A DNA stretch of 64,000 nt from Phycisphaeraceae bacterium (GCA_015709595.1 CP054178.1:1553205-1617204); one strand, 5' to 3'; positions 1-9,846 are shown, counted from the first letter of the stretch. Numbers and translations: made by a program. The notes: generated by a model from the letters alone, not told the origin.

Positions 1-1825
1 CGCGGCGCTCGTAGGAGCCGTCGATGAAGTTGTTCGCGTCGCCGTCGGCCGCGCTGCCGAGAATGTTGAGATCTCTGGCCGTGGTGCCGCTCACCGATTC
101 GACCTTGATCGCCAGCGCGCCGGAGGCGCTGGTGCTTTCGATCAGCAGGCCGTCGCCGGTGTCGTTGACGCGGGCGGTGATCGCCAGCCCGCGCGAGTTG
201 ATCTCGTCGATGACGTCCTGCAGGGTGACGGAGTCGGCGTCGATATCGACCGTGGCGGTGGCGCCTTCGGCGTCCTGGATGCGGAACGATCCCTTGGCGA
301 TGCCCCGACCGTAGTTCAGTTCGCTCAGCCGCGTCGAACCCGCCACGTACTGATGCTGCAGGTTCGTGCCCCGCACTGCGGTGCTGGCTACGCCTGACCC
401 GCCCGTGGACAGACCCAGGGCGGCGGCGGCGTCGCCCGTGATGATGAGATTGCCCGACCCGCCCGAAGTGTCTTTGGCCAGCAGGCCGCTGCCCGCGTCG
501 TTGTACGTCAGTTCGATGTCCACTCCCGCGCCGGACGCCGCGGCGTTGATCGCGCTTACCAGGTCCGCGAACGACTCATAGGCGTCCAGTCCGTTCACGG
601 TGACGTTGGCGCCCGAGCGGTCCTGCAGCGTGATCGACGCGGCCGACCCCAGCCCGGCGCCGCCGTTGAGGCGCGAGGTCAGCACGCTGTTGATGCCGGC
701 CAGGATGCGTCGGCCCGCGATGGTGTCCGACGCCACGCCCGCGTTCAGCAGTCCCAGGTCGCGGGCCGTGCGCTCCCCGTTCGTGCCCGCGCCGGACACG
801 ATGAACTGGCCCGCCTGCCCGGTGTTGTCGGCGAGCTGCAGCGACACGCCGTCGGCGGCGATCGACGCAGTCACCGCGCCGCCGGTGATCTCGTTGATGC
901 GGTCGATCACGCCCTGAATGGTGGTGACGGCGTTCTCGGTGCCGCTCCCGGTCGTCCGCTTGCCCAGCACGATATTGTGGACCGTTCCGGCGCGGTCAGT
1001 GATGCGGAAGTCCGTGGTGTTCAGGCCGCCGTTGATGAGTACGCCCGCGCCGTCATTGAGCGACGCCAGGGACGCGCCGCCGGCCAGTCGATTGATGATC
1101 GACCCGGTGATGGACGTTCCCCCGCCGTCATCGCCGGCGATGCCAAGGTCGGTGGCGGTGAAGTAGCCGGAGGCGTCGGCGATGGTGAGCGTCCCCCCGC
1201 CGCCGGAGAGGTCGGCGATGGTCAGCCGGTCGCCCGAGACCGATGCTCGCACGCGCACGCCGGCGGCGCCGTTGATGGCGTCGAGCACGTCGCCGACGTC
1301 GCCCGCCCTGGACAGGTCGATGGTGGCGGACGCACCGCTCTTGTCGGTGATGACGATCTTGCCGCGGCGCACGCCCTCGCCCCCGTTGAGCGAGGCAAGC
1401 TGGGTGGTTGCGGCCAGTTGCCCGCGCCCGAACTCGAAGGTGAGATCGGTCAGCCCCAGAGCCGTGGAGTCGCGGTCCGCGAACCCGCGTGAAAGCTGCT
1501 GGCTGGTGGAGACGAGCCGATCGACGAGGAAGGTATACGTTCCGGGCTGCGCCCCGGCGCGGGCGGCTCCGCTGAGCACGGACTCGCTCGACGATGCGGC
1601 GCGGGCGGACTGAAAGATGGAGTCTGTTCGCAGGCGCGTGGCGGCGCGGCTCATGTTCAGCAGCCGCGCGTTGATATCCAGCATGGCGGTCTGCTGCTGC
1701 TGCAGCGAGGCGATGCGTTGCTGAATGGACGCCTTGCCCCGTCCTTCGATGGCCAGCAGGCGCTCGATCAGCGTGGCGGTGTCGATGCCGCTGATAAGTC
1801 CCACGCCGGATGAGATCGAGCCCAT
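1..1825 (-). CDS. fliD: Flagellar filament cap protein FliD (hook-associated protein 2), partial; 3-prime end lies outside the window
   Basis: Absent from the ORF track because it runs off the edge. My reverse-complement translation from 1825 gives MGSISSGVGLISGIDTATLIERLLAIEGRGKASIQQRIASLQQQQTAMLDINARLL..., a typical FliD N-terminus. Further in it reads ...ITARVNDTGDGLLIES.... AAGGA lies about 6 nt upstream of the ATG. Confidence 0.75.
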   Translation of the reverse strand, partial: MGSISSGVGLISGIDTATLIERLLAIEGRGKASIQQRIASLQQQQTAMLDINARLLNMSRAATRLRTDSIFQSARAASSSESVLSGAARAGAQPGTYTFLVDRLVSTSQQLSRGFADRDSTALGLTDLTFEFGRGQLAATTQLASLNGGEGVRRGKIVITDKSGASATIDLSRAGDVGDVLDAINGAAGVRVRASVSGDRLTIADLSGGGGTLTIADASGYFTATDLGIAGDDGGGTSITGSIINRLAGGASLASLNDGAGVLINGGLNTTDFRITDRAGTVHNIVLGKRTTGSGTENAVTTIQGVIDRINEITGGAVTASIAADGVSLQLADNTGQAGQFIVSGAGTNGERTARDLGLLNAGVASDTIAGRRILAGINSVLTSRLNGGAGLGSAASITLQDRSGANVTVNGLDAYESFADLVSAINAAASGAGVDIELTYNDAGSGLLAKDTSGGSGNLIITGDAAAALGLSTGGSGVASTAVRGTNLQHQYVAGSTRLSELNYGRGIAKGSFRIQDAEGATATVDIDADSVTLQDVIDEINSRGLAITARVNDTGDGLLIESTSASGALAIKVESVSGTTARDLNILGSAADGDANNFIDGSYERR

Positions 1826-1843
1826 GTCTGATCCTTGCGGTGG

Positions 1844-2107
1844 TTACGACGATCCGCGCCCGCGCGGCGCACGACCGGCGCGTGCGGCGCTCCAGCGGGG
1901 CGAGAGGGCGCCCGTTCGACGGAGCATCAGCACATCCGATGCCCATCCCGTCAGGACGCGCTGATACATCCGCCGCGCCTCGCGCAGCACGGGATCGTTC
2001 ACGTCGTACATCGGCAGGAACGCGCCGATTCCTTGTGCATCAGCGTCCTCACGGTGCGGCGGAGAAGACGAGGCGGAGACGGCTGGCGGCGTGGGGGACG
2101 GCGTCAT
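1844..2107 (-). CDS. Hypothetical protein (87 aa) immediately upstream of fliD
   Basis: ORF ends 18 nt before the fliD start on the same strand. Third-codon positions look GC-rich. No recognisable motif, and the Arg-rich tail looks poor. Confidence 0.3.
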   Translation of the reverse strand: MTPSPTPPAVSASSSPPHREDADAQGIGAFLPMYDVNDPVLREARRMYQRVLTGWASDVLMLRRTGALSPRWSAARAGRAPRGRGSS

Positions 2108-2221
2108 GTCCGACTTATCGGCGCGTGCAGGGCATGACTTTGCGCCAAGGTCGGCAAAAAACGAACAGTCCCGCCCGGAACGGGACGGGACTGCTCATGT
2201 TCGACTCGGATGACAAGCCGG

Positions 2222-2719
2222 TCAGCGGGCGGTGTACACGCCCCGCTTCACGCGACGGAAGAGGTCGCTGTTCTTCTTGGAGATGAGCTGCTGATTGGCC
2301 ATGACGCGCAGATTGGGGCTGTCCGAGGCGTACCCGGCGGCCTTGATGGCCTCCACGGCCTCGGTGACCGACATGCTCTTGCCCTGGAGAATCTTGTGAA
2401 GCGTCATGGCGAGACTGCCTTCGCGCCGTCGTCCCCCGCGACCCCCGCCGCCCTTGCGGCGCCCGCCGCGCCGCCTGGGTGCTGCCGCGGCCGGCGCCGC
2501 CGCGAACGAGTCGCCCGTCAGCACCGACAGTTCCGCCTCCACCGACGCCAGCTGCGCCGCCAGCGCGTCGCGATGCTTCTGCAGCATCGACACCGATGAA
2601 GCGCGCCGCTTCAGTTCGGCCTGCAGAGCGAAGGTGGGGATTGCGGACAGCTTGCTGCGTCGGCCTCGCCGCTTGGGCACGCCGCCGGGCACGTTTGAAC
2701 GTTTCTTCGCCATGAACAC
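2222..2719 (-). CDS. Basic hypothetical protein with HARE-HTH-like C-terminal domain
   Basis: 165 aa with a Lys/Arg-rich N-terminus and Gly/Arg linker. The C-terminus MTLHKILQGKSMSVTEAVEAIKAAGY...FRRVKRGVYTAR resembles HARE-HTH winged-helix ends. Co-directional and downstream of parB. Confidence 0.5.
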   Translation of the reverse strand: MFMAKKRSNVPGGVPKRRGRRSKLSAIPTFALQAELKRRASSVSMLQKHRDALAAQLASVEAELSVLTGDSFAAAPAAAAPRRRGGRRKGGGGRGGRRREGSLAMTLHKILQGKSMSVTEAVEAIKAAGYASDSPNLRVMANQQLISKKNSDLFRRVKRGVYTAR

Positions 2720-3091
2720 GGTCCTTCAAAATGGGTGTACGCAGGTCGTTGCTCGGGACGCCGCCCGATCGGCCCGCCGGGGAACTCGTAAGATGATAGT
2801 GGTGCGCAGGGGTTGCGCCAAATCAGTTGATTCACGCACGTCGAGACATGCTCCGCCAAGGGCCTCATTCGACCGGCGTCGTCCGCGCCGGCGTCGTTGC
2901 AAGGAAGGCGTGACGCATGACTTCCAGGACGCGCGGGGGCGATAACGCGATGCGGCGCTGATCGGGGCGTTGTTGTGCTGAGACGAGGCCCGTCGTCCGC
3001 AACCGCAGCACGGCGAGGTTTCCTCATCGCTTCGTCACCCGACGCCGCTCGCATCGCCCCAACGGACAGGAACAGAACCAGGCCGTCGGTC

Positions 3092-4210
3092 TCATTCTCC
3101 ACCGTCAAATCCGAGGCGCTGCATCAGCCCGTCGAACTCGTCCAGAGAGTAGAAGTCGATGATGAGCTTGCCGCGCCCCTTGCGCCGACTGGGCTGAATG
3201 CGGACGCGCGTACCCAGGTGACGGCTGAGCCGCGCTTCCAGGTCCGCCAGGTGACGATTGGTCGTCGCGGCGGGCTTGACCGGGTCGTGCGTCGCCGGCG
3301 GCGTCGACACCGCGAGGTGCTGAACGACTTGCCGCTCCGTCTCGCGTACCGACCACCCATGCCGAACCGCCAGCCGGGCCACGCGGGCGCGGACGTCGGG
3401 TTGCTCGATGCCCAGCAGCGCCTTGGCATGACCCATCATCAGGGTTCCCGCGCGCAGCGCGTCGCGGCAAAAATCGTCTAACTCATTGAGACGAAGAAAG
3501 TTAGAAACACTTGACCGATCCAACCCCACGCGCTCGGCGATCTCCGCGTGCGTGAGCCCGAAGGTGTCGGCCAGGGCTCGAAACGCCTCCGCCTTCTCCA
3601 GCGGGTTCAGATCCTCGCGCTGCAGGTTCTCGATGAGCGCCCACTCCGCCGCGACTTGGTCATCCACGTCGCGCACCACCGCCGGAATGGTCGCCAGACC
3701 AGCGCGACCGGCGGCGCGCCAGCGACGTTCACCCGCGATCAGCGTGTACCGTCCACCTCGTTCGGGTCGCACCACGATGGGCTGCATCACGCCCGCCGAT
3801 CGAATCGACGATGCGAGGGCCTCCAGCGCCGACTCATCAAAGTGCTGCCTCGGCTGACTCGGATTGGGAACGATGCACCCCAGCGGCAGATACGCAATGC
3901 GGGCCTCATCGGTCGCCGGCTGGAGCCCGCCTTCACGGGGCGTGAATGAAGGTGCATCGCCCAACGCCGATCTGGCTGGATCCGTCTGAACGGCGTTGCC
4001 GGATGACTCGGAACCGATGTCTCCGGTCTGCGGATCAGGCATCGCGACGGGATCGAGCCGCCTGGACGGTTCGCCTTCCCCGACGGGGCGTTTCACCTCG
4101 ATCGTTCGGCCGTCATCGCCGGTGCGATCAATCGGGACGGGTGTTGACATCAGTGATCCGAGTCCCCTGCCGAGGCGTCGTCGCTTGGCCAGTTGCACCG
4201 GGTCGGTCAT
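3092..4210 (-). CDS. parB: Chromosome partitioning protein ParB
   Basis: ParB/Spo0J boxes are present: IVPNPSQPRQHFDESALEALASSIRSAGVMQPIVVRP, YTLIAGERRWRAA, and HTH LTHAEIAERVGLDRSSVSNFLRL. Start placed at MTDPVQL (4210, AAGGA upstream); the track ORF extends to 4288. Confidence 0.9.
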   Translation of the reverse strand: MTDPVQLAKRRRLGRGLGSLMSTPVPIDRTGDDGRTIEVKRPVGEGEPSRRLDPVAMPDPQTGDIGSESSGNAVQTDPARSALGDAPSFTPREGGLQPATDEARIAYLPLGCIVPNPSQPRQHFDESALEALASSIRSAGVMQPIVVRPERGGRYTLIAGERRWRAAGRAGLATIPAVVRDVDDQVAAEWALIENLQREDLNPLEKAEAFRALADTFGLTHAEIAERVGLDRSSVSNFLRLNELDDFCRDALRAGTLMMGHAKALLGIEQPDVRARVARLAVRHGWSVRETERQVVQHLAVSTPPATHDPVKPAATTNRHLADLEARLSRHLGTRVRIQPSRRKGRGKLIIDFYSLDEFDGLMQRLGFDGGE

Positions 4211-4266
4211 GGTCGATCCTTTCGATCGTGCGGCGGAATGGGCCGGATGATATCGGTCCATCAGGA

Positions 4267-4282
4267 GGTTCCACGTGGAACT
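4267..4282. promoter_or_regulatory. parS-like site GGTTCCACGTGGAACT (14-bp perfect palindrome core)
   Basis: Matches the canonical parS consensus TGTTNCACGTGAAACA at most positions. Lies 57 nt upstream of the proposed parB start. Confidence 0.75.
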
Positions 4283-4472
4283 TTCCACATGTCCAATCGT
4301 CTGGCGTTCCTGAAGCGGCTGCGGAACGGATCAATCGCCGCCCGACCATCGGCCCGGACCAACGGGCAGCACTTCGTGTTCGGTAGGTTCGACCATCCGC
4401 GCGCTGCCCGCGTTCGGCGATGCCCTGGGCGCATCCATGAGCAACGAAGGGGCTCGTGATGATGGTTCACGG

Positions 4473-4488
4473 TGTTCCACGTGGAACA
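4473..4488. promoter_or_regulatory. parS site TGTTCCACGTGGAACA (16-bp perfect palindrome)
   Basis: Perfect palindrome that differs from the Bacillus-type parS TGTTCCACGTGAAACA only at the position needed to make it fully symmetric. Intergenic, between parB and a histidine kinase gene. Confidence 0.8.
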
Positions 4489-4597
4489 CGCGTGAGTGAC
4501 CTCAGGACCTTTCCCGGCGGGAAATGGGGTCGTTCGATGATTCTCCCGCGCCAGTAACGTCCTATAACCATTCAACGTCCGATCTGGCGCTCGCGGG

Positions 4598-5518
4598 ATG
4601 AACTCATCATCCGTTGAATCCCGACCGATACACGTGTCACCGATTCGCCGAATCCAGTCCGTGCGGTGCGCCACTGCCATGTGCGACGAGACATCCATCA
4701 TCACGCCCGAAGCGATCGTGGATCGCATCGAGACGTTGCAGCGCGAGGTGGATCGTCTCAATCGCGAGCTGGACGAATCGTCGCGTCTGGCGACGCTGGG
4801 GCTGCTCGCCGCCACCATCGCTCACGAGTTGCGCAATCTGCTGACGCCGGTGCTGGGATACGCCCAGCTGGCGCGCTCGCGCCCGGATGATGCGAATCTC
4901 TGTCTGCGCGCGTTGGAGAAGACCATTCACGGGGTGGAGAGCGCCTCGCGGGTGCTGGAATCGACGCTGGAGTTCGGCGCGTCTCGTGAGCCGGATGGTC
5001 CGGTGGAATGCGACGTGCGCGTCACGGCCGAGGCCGCTCTGTCCCTGCTGGCGAGCGACATCAGCAAGAGCGGGGTGACGGTGACGCTCGATCTGCCCGC
5101 CGGTCTGACCGTGGCGATGGGGGGGGTGCAACTGCAGCAGGTGCTGCTCAACCTGCTGCTCAACGCGCTGCGCGCCCACCGCGACGGCGCGGCGGCGAAC
5201 GCCAGGCGTGGATCTCGCTGGATCCGCATCGCCGGAAACCCCGCCGCCGACAACCGGGTCGAAGTGCGCGTCATCGACAACGGCCCCGGCATTTCCGACG
5301 GGATGATCGAACGCCTGTTCCAGCCGTTCGCACGCGGCGCGTCGGACCATGATGGAAGGGTGACCGAAGGCGGCGCTGGCCTTGGGTTGCACATCTGCCG
5401 GCGCCTGGTGGAGGAGCGGGGGGGCTCGATCCGCGCCGCGCCCACGCATGGCGGGGGGGCGACGTTCGCCATGACGCTCCCGGCGGGGGCGCGGGGGCGC
5501 CTGCGGCGGGCCGGATGA
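4598..5518 (+). CDS. Sensor histidine kinase (HisKA + HATPase_c)
   Basis: H-box ATIAHELRNLLTPVLGYAQLA, N-box LLLNALRAH, G-boxes VIDNGPGI and GGAGLGLHICRRLVEERGG. The start is uncertain. Confidence 0.8.
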   Translation: MNSSSVESRPIHVSPIRRIQSVRCATAMCDETSIITPEAIVDRIETLQREVDRLNRELDESSRLATLGLLAATIAHELRNLLTPVLGYAQLARSRPDDANLCLRALEKTIHGVESASRVLESTLEFGASREPDGPVECDVRVTAEAALSLLASDISKSGVTVTLDLPAGLTVAMGGVQLQQVLLNLLLNALRAHRDGAAANARRGSRWIRIAGNPAADNRVEVRVIDNGPGISDGMIERLFQPFARGASDHDGRVTEGGAGLGLHICRRLVEERGGSIRAAPTHGGGATFAMTLPAGARGRLRRAG

Positions 5519-5672
5519 ATCAACAGTCAACCCCGATCGTCGATGGACGGCGCGCCCGGAATTCCGCATAATGAATGAACGGTCGGTGCGTGCTGCGGGG
5601 CGCGTGCCTCTTCCGGACTCGACGGCCGGACTGTGATCGCGTCAGCCCGCGGACGCGCCGGAGGCACGGCCG

Positions 5673-7073
5673 ATGACGAATCAGCGACCATCTCTCGGTC
5701 CACCGCCTGCCGCGTCGTGGTGGCCGCCGCGAGCGCGTTACGCGGCGCTGCTGGTCGCCCTCGGCTACTTCGCGGTGGCGGTGATCTGGATCCTGGTGTC
5801 GGACCAGATCGTCGGCATGATGACGAACGATCCGGCGCGGGTGACGATCATTCAGATGTACAAGGGCTGGGCGTTCGTCAGCGCCACGGCGCTGCTGCTC
5901 GGGTTCATTCTGTGGCGCTGGGCGGGACGGATGGAGCGTGAGTTCGAGGCGCGCCTCGAGGCGGAGCGCGTGCATCGTTCCCTGGTTGAACACGCGCCGG
6001 TGGGCATCTTCGTCTCCGTGGACGAGCGCATCGTCTACATCAACGAGGCGCTGGCGCAGACGCTCGGCGCCCCGAACCGCGCCGCGCTGCTGGGGCGGCC
6101 GTTCTGGAGCATCGTGCATCCGGACCGGCATGAGATCATCCGCGAACGCATGCGATCCATTCTTGACAGCGGGCGACCGACGAAGCCGCTCGAGCAAGAC
6201 ATCCTTCGGCTGGACGGATCGCTGGTGACGGTGGAGACGTCGGCCGTGCTGTGCGAGTTCGAGGGACGGACGGGGCTGCAGGTCATCGTGCGCGACATTT
6301 CCGAGCGCAAGCGCGCCGAGGATGAGATCCGTCGTCTCAACGCCTCGCTGGAGAAGCGGGTCGAGGAGCGGACCGCGGAGCTGCGGGCGGCCAACGAGGA
6401 GCTCGAGTCCTTTACGTACTCGGTGTCGCACGACCTGCGGGCGCCCCTGCGCGCCATGAGCGGGCTGTCGCGCGTGCTGCTGGACGATTACGCCGCGTCG
6501 CTCCCCGACGAGGCCCGTCGATACCTGTCGATGGTGTGCGACAACGCCTCGCAGATGGGCGCCCTGATCGACGACCTGCTGTCGCTGTCGCGGCTGGGGC
6601 GTCAGTCGATGACGATCGGCCCCGTCTCGATGACGGCGCTGGCCCGCGACGCCGCCGAAACGGTCTCGCGCGCCGAGCCCGTCCGCGACGTGGCCTTGAC
6701 CATCGCCGACATGCCCGGCGCGCGCGGCGACGGGGCGCTGCTGAAACAGGTGTATCTCAACCTGTTCTCCAATGCGTACAAGTACAGCCGTCCGCGCCGT
6801 CCGGCGCGAATCGAGGCGGGCTCGATGGATCGCGGCGGCGAGACGGTGTATTTTGTGCGCGACAACGGCGTGGGCTTCGACATGCGATATGTTGACAAGG
6901 TGTTCGGCGTCTTTCAGCGACTGCATCGCGCCGACGAGTTCGAGGGCACCGGCGTGGGGCTGGCGATCGTGCGCCGCATCGTCGAGCGGCACGGCGGCCG
7001 CGTGTGGATCGAGTCGGCGATCGATCAGGGAACCACGGTCTTCTTCACCATTCACGGAGAGCATCAGCCATGA
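5673..7073 (+). CDS. PAS-domain sensor histidine kinase with two N-terminal TM helices
   Basis: Coiled coil ERKRAEDEIRRLNASLEKRVEERTAELRAANEELESF is followed by H-box SVSHDLRAPLR, then GTGVGLAIVRRIVERHGGRVWIES. A PAS-like segment precedes these. Confidence 0.85.
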   Translation: MTNQRPSLGPPPAASWWPPRARYAALLVALGYFAVAVIWILVSDQIVGMMTNDPARVTIIQMYKGWAFVSATALLLGFILWRWAGRMEREFEARLEAERVHRSLVEHAPVGIFVSVDERIVYINEALAQTLGAPNRAALLGRPFWSIVHPDRHEIIRERMRSILDSGRPTKPLEQDILRLDGSLVTVETSAVLCEFEGRTGLQVIVRDISERKRAEDEIRRLNASLEKRVEERTAELRAANEELESFTYSVSHDLRAPLRAMSGLSRVLLDDYAASLPDEARRYLSMVCDNASQMGALIDDLLSLSRLGRQSMTIGPVSMTALARDAAETVSRAEPVRDVALTIADMPGARGDGALLKQVYLNLFSNAYKYSRPRRPARIEAGSMDRGGETVYFVRDNGVGFDMRYVDKVFGVFQRLHRADEFEGTGVGLAIVRRIVERHGGRVWIESAIDQGTTVFFTIHGEHQP

Positions 7074-7513
7074 ACCAGTCGGACGAGGTGGAAATCGTGC
7101 TGGTGGAGGACAATCCGTCCGACCTGGAGCTGACGCTTCACGCGCTGCGCAAGGGCCGGGTGACCAACCGCATCCAGGTGGCCCGCGACGGCGAGGAGGC
7201 GGTGACGATGCTGCTGAACGGGTCGAGCGGCCCGCCGCCTCACCTGCGGCTGGTGCTGCTCGACCTGAAACTGCCCAAGCTGAGCGGGCTGGAGGTGCTG
7301 GCCCGGATCAAGAGCGACGAGATCTCACGCCGGATTCCGGTGGTGGTGCTGACATCCTCGCGCGAGGACCGGGACATCGCCGAGGCCTATCGTCTCGGAG
7401 CCAACAGTTACATCGTCAAGCCGGTGGACTTCGAGCAGTTCACGCACGCGGTGTCGCAGGTGGGAATGTACTGGATGCTGATCAACCAGGCGCCGGTGCT
7501 GGCGCATCGGTGA
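7070..7513 (+). CDS. Single-domain response regulator (receiver)
   Basis: MNQSDEVEIVLVEDNPSDLEL...LVLLDLKLPKLSGLEVL...VVVLTSS...ANSYIVKP. The ATG overlaps the upstream kinase stop (ATGA at 7070-7073). Confidence 0.85.
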   Translation: MNQSDEVEIVLVEDNPSDLELTLHALRKGRVTNRIQVARDGEEAVTMLLNGSSGPPPHLRLVLLDLKLPKLSGLEVLARIKSDEISRRIPVVVLTSSREDRDIAEAYRLGANSYIVKPVDFEQFTHAVSQVGMYWMLINQAPVLAHR

Positions 7514-7537
7514 CCGATTCGCGGGGAGCGCGGGATC

Positions 7538-8587
7538 ATGACGAGTCAGCCGCTGCGCATCCTGATCGTGGAGGATCGCCCGGAGGACGAGGAGCTGGTG
7601 CTTCATGAACTGAAGCGCGAGGGTCTGCGCTTCGAACACCGGCGCGTGGATGACGAGAAGGGGTTCGGCGCGGCGCTGGATTGGGCTCCGCAGATCATCC
7701 TGGCCGACTACAACCTGCCGCAGTTCACGGCGCGGCGCGCCCTGGAGCTGCTGCGCCAACGGGGGGACGACATTCCCTTCATCGTCATCACCGGCAGCAT
7801 CAGCGAGGAAGTGGCGGTGGACATGATGAAGCGGGGGGCGGCGGACTATCTCATCAAGGACCGCCTGACCCGCCTGGGCGTCGCGGTGAAGCAGGCCCTG
7901 GAGCAGAAGCGCCTGCGCGACGCCCAGCGCGCCAACGTGGACGCCCTGCGCCGCATGGCTGAAATCGAACGGCTGCTGCGGCTGGAGCTCGATCACCGCG
8001 TGCGCAACAACCTGGCGTCGCTGCTTTCCCTGGTGGACATGACGCGCCGCACCACGCGCGACGTGGGCGCCTTCGCCGAGTCGATCGGGGGGCGCATCCG
8101 CGTCATGGCCGACGTGCACGGGCTGCTCTCCGCGGGTCGGTACAGCGCGCTGCCGGTCTCACGCGTCGTGGAGCTGGTGCGTCCTCCCGGGGCGGAGCGA
8201 TGCGTGAGCGTGACCGGCGATGACCCGCTCGTTCCCACCTCGCAGGTGGCGTCGCTGGCGATCGTGCTCCACGAGTGCTTCACCAACGCGCAGAAGCATG
8301 GCGCGTTGAGCACCCAGGACGGGGGCATCGACATCGCCTGCCGCCTTGCGGAGGACGACAAGGGACATGCCATGCTGCGCCTGCGCTGGACGGAGCGGGG
8401 GGGGCCGGCGCCCTCCACGCCCCACGAGCCGGGCAACGGCACGCAGCTGATCGCGGGGGTGGTGCGCTCCGACCTGCGGGGCGAGATCCGGTTCCGCTGG
8501 CCGCCGCAGGGGGCGGATCATGAACTGTCGTTTCCGCTGGCGGCGGAGTCCGCCGCGGCGCCGACCGCCTCCGCCGCGGGCGAGTGA
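7538..8587 (+). CDS. Receiver domain fused to HisKA_2/HWE-type histidine kinase
   Basis: N-terminal REC (LRILIVEDRPEDEELV...ILADYNLPQF...FIVITGS...DYLIKD). This is followed by ELDHRVRNNLASLLSLV (HisKA_2 H-box) and an ATPase-like C-terminus. Confidence 0.8.
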   Translation: MTSQPLRILIVEDRPEDEELVLHELKREGLRFEHRRVDDEKGFGAALDWAPQIILADYNLPQFTARRALELLRQRGDDIPFIVITGSISEEVAVDMMKRGAADYLIKDRLTRLGVAVKQALEQKRLRDAQRANVDALRRMAEIERLLRLELDHRVRNNLASLLSLVDMTRRTTRDVGAFAESIGGRIRVMADVHGLLSAGRYSALPVSRVVELVRPPGAERCVSVTGDDPLVPTSQVASLAIVLHECFTNAQKHGALSTQDGGIDIACRLAEDDKGHAMLRLRWTERGGPAPSTPHEPGNGTQLIAGVVRSDLRGEIRFRWPPQGADHELSFPLAAESAAAPTASAAGE

Positions 8588-8669
8588 GGCGAAGCCCCGG
8601 TGCGCCGCGGACCTCACGGAGCGGGCGGCTTGCTCCGCGAGTCGCTCGGCTCGCGGCCTGATTGGTCGG

Positions 8670-9674
8670 TCACGCCGCCCGGGGAACGAGGTTGTCGAGG
8701 AACATCGCAGCACATCGGTCCCACGAACACTCCAGCGCCTGGGCGCGGCAGTCGCGTGGATCGAGCAGGAGGGCCTGCATGGCGGCGATGGCGATGTCCT
8801 CGTGCAGCACGCCGGTCACCCCGGGACGCACCACGTCGATGGGGCCGGTCACGGGGTACGCCGCCACCGGCAGGCCGCACGCCATGGCTTCGAGCATGAC
8901 CACGCCGAAGGTGTCGGTGCGCGACGGGAAGACGAAGACATCACCCGCGGCCATGTGACGGGCCAGATCGTCGCCGGTCTGGAAGCCGGTGAAGACGACA
9001 TGAGGATGGCGCGGCCGGAGTGAGGCCATGGCCGGACCGTCGCCGATGACGACCTTCGTGCCGGGCAGATCGGCGTGCAGGAAGGCCTCGATGTTCTTCT
9101 CCCGCGCCACGCGACCGCAGAAGAGAAAGATGGGGCGCGGGCGGTGGTAGAGGTTCTTCTCCGCGGCAGGTCGGAAGCGCTCGGTGTCCACGCCTCGCGT
9201 CCAGACCACCGCGTTGGTGAAGCCGCGGCTCCGCAACTCGCGCTGCACGCTGGGCGTGGGCACCAGCATGCGGGTCGCGGCGTTGTGGAACCGCCGCAGC
9301 ACCGCGTACGACCAGCGCGTCGGGATGCGGAAATACTGCCGCCCGTACTGGGCGTACTGCGTGTGGTAGGACGTGGTGAAGCGCCAGCGCCGCCTCAGAC
9401 AGAACCGACGGGCGGCGAAGCCCAGCGTGCCTTCCGTGGCGATGTGGATGGCGTCGGGAGCGAAATCGGTCAGTTGCTGCTTGAGACGTCGCGCCGGTGC
9501 AATCGCCAGGCGGATCTCGGGATACCTGGGCAGCGGAAAGGTCCGAAACTGACCCGGATGAACAATGAGCAGTTCGTGACCCTGTTGCCGGAGAAGGGTC
9601 GTCACCTGCTCCAGCGTGGTGACGACGCCGTTGATCTGGGGTTTCCACGCATCGGTGATGAGGGCGATTCGCAT
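8670..9674 (-). CDS. Glycosyltransferase, GT4/GT1 family
   Basis: MRIALITDAWKPQINGVVTTL... N-terminus and a C-terminal GDVFVFPSRTDTFGVVMLEAMACGLPVAA (E-x7-E type motif). Confidence 0.8.
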   Translation of the reverse strand: MRIALITDAWKPQINGVVTTLEQVTTLLRQQGHELLIVHPGQFRTFPLPRYPEIRLAIAPARRLKQQLTDFAPDAIHIATEGTLGFAARRFCLRRRWRFTTSYHTQYAQYGRQYFRIPTRWSYAVLRRFHNAATRMLVPTPSVQRELRSRGFTNAVVWTRGVDTERFRPAAEKNLYHRPRPIFLFCGRVAREKNIEAFLHADLPGTKVVIGDGPAMASLRPRHPHVVFTGFQTGDDLARHMAAGDVFVFPSRTDTFGVVMLEAMACGLPVAAYPVTGPIDVVRPGVTGVLHEDIAIAAMQALLLDPRDCRAQALECSWDRCAAMFLDNLVPRAA

Positions 9675-9793
9675 GGGGGCTCCGGGTGGTCAGGCGGGTT
9701 TCTCCGCCATGGATCATGATCGGGGGCTGTGACGGGTCGGTTCGGGCTTCATGGGCGCGGCGTTGGGACTGTGAAAAAAGTTGATGTCGGGGC

Positions 9794-9821
9794 TTGACAG
9801 GTCCGGCGAGTATGTTAGGAT
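9794..9821 (+). promoter_or_regulatory. Candidate sigma70-type promoter TTGACA-N16-TAGGAT
   Basis: Perfect -35 hexamer at 9794-9799 and a 4/6 -10 match at 9816-9821, in an AT-richer divergent intergenic region. GGAG lies 9 nt before the ATG at 9847. Confidence 0.3.
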
Positions 9822-9846
9822 ACACTAACTCATACGGAGAACCACC

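Noticed and set aside
1128-1946. 272-aa minus-strand ORF overlapping fliD
   Set aside because: It is in a different frame from the FliD reading frame and extremely Arg-rich. The FliD frame gives a recognisable N-terminus.
5520-7064. 514-aa minus-strand ORF opposite the PAS histidine kinase
   Set aside because: Shadow ORF. The plus-strand gene has H, N and G boxes.
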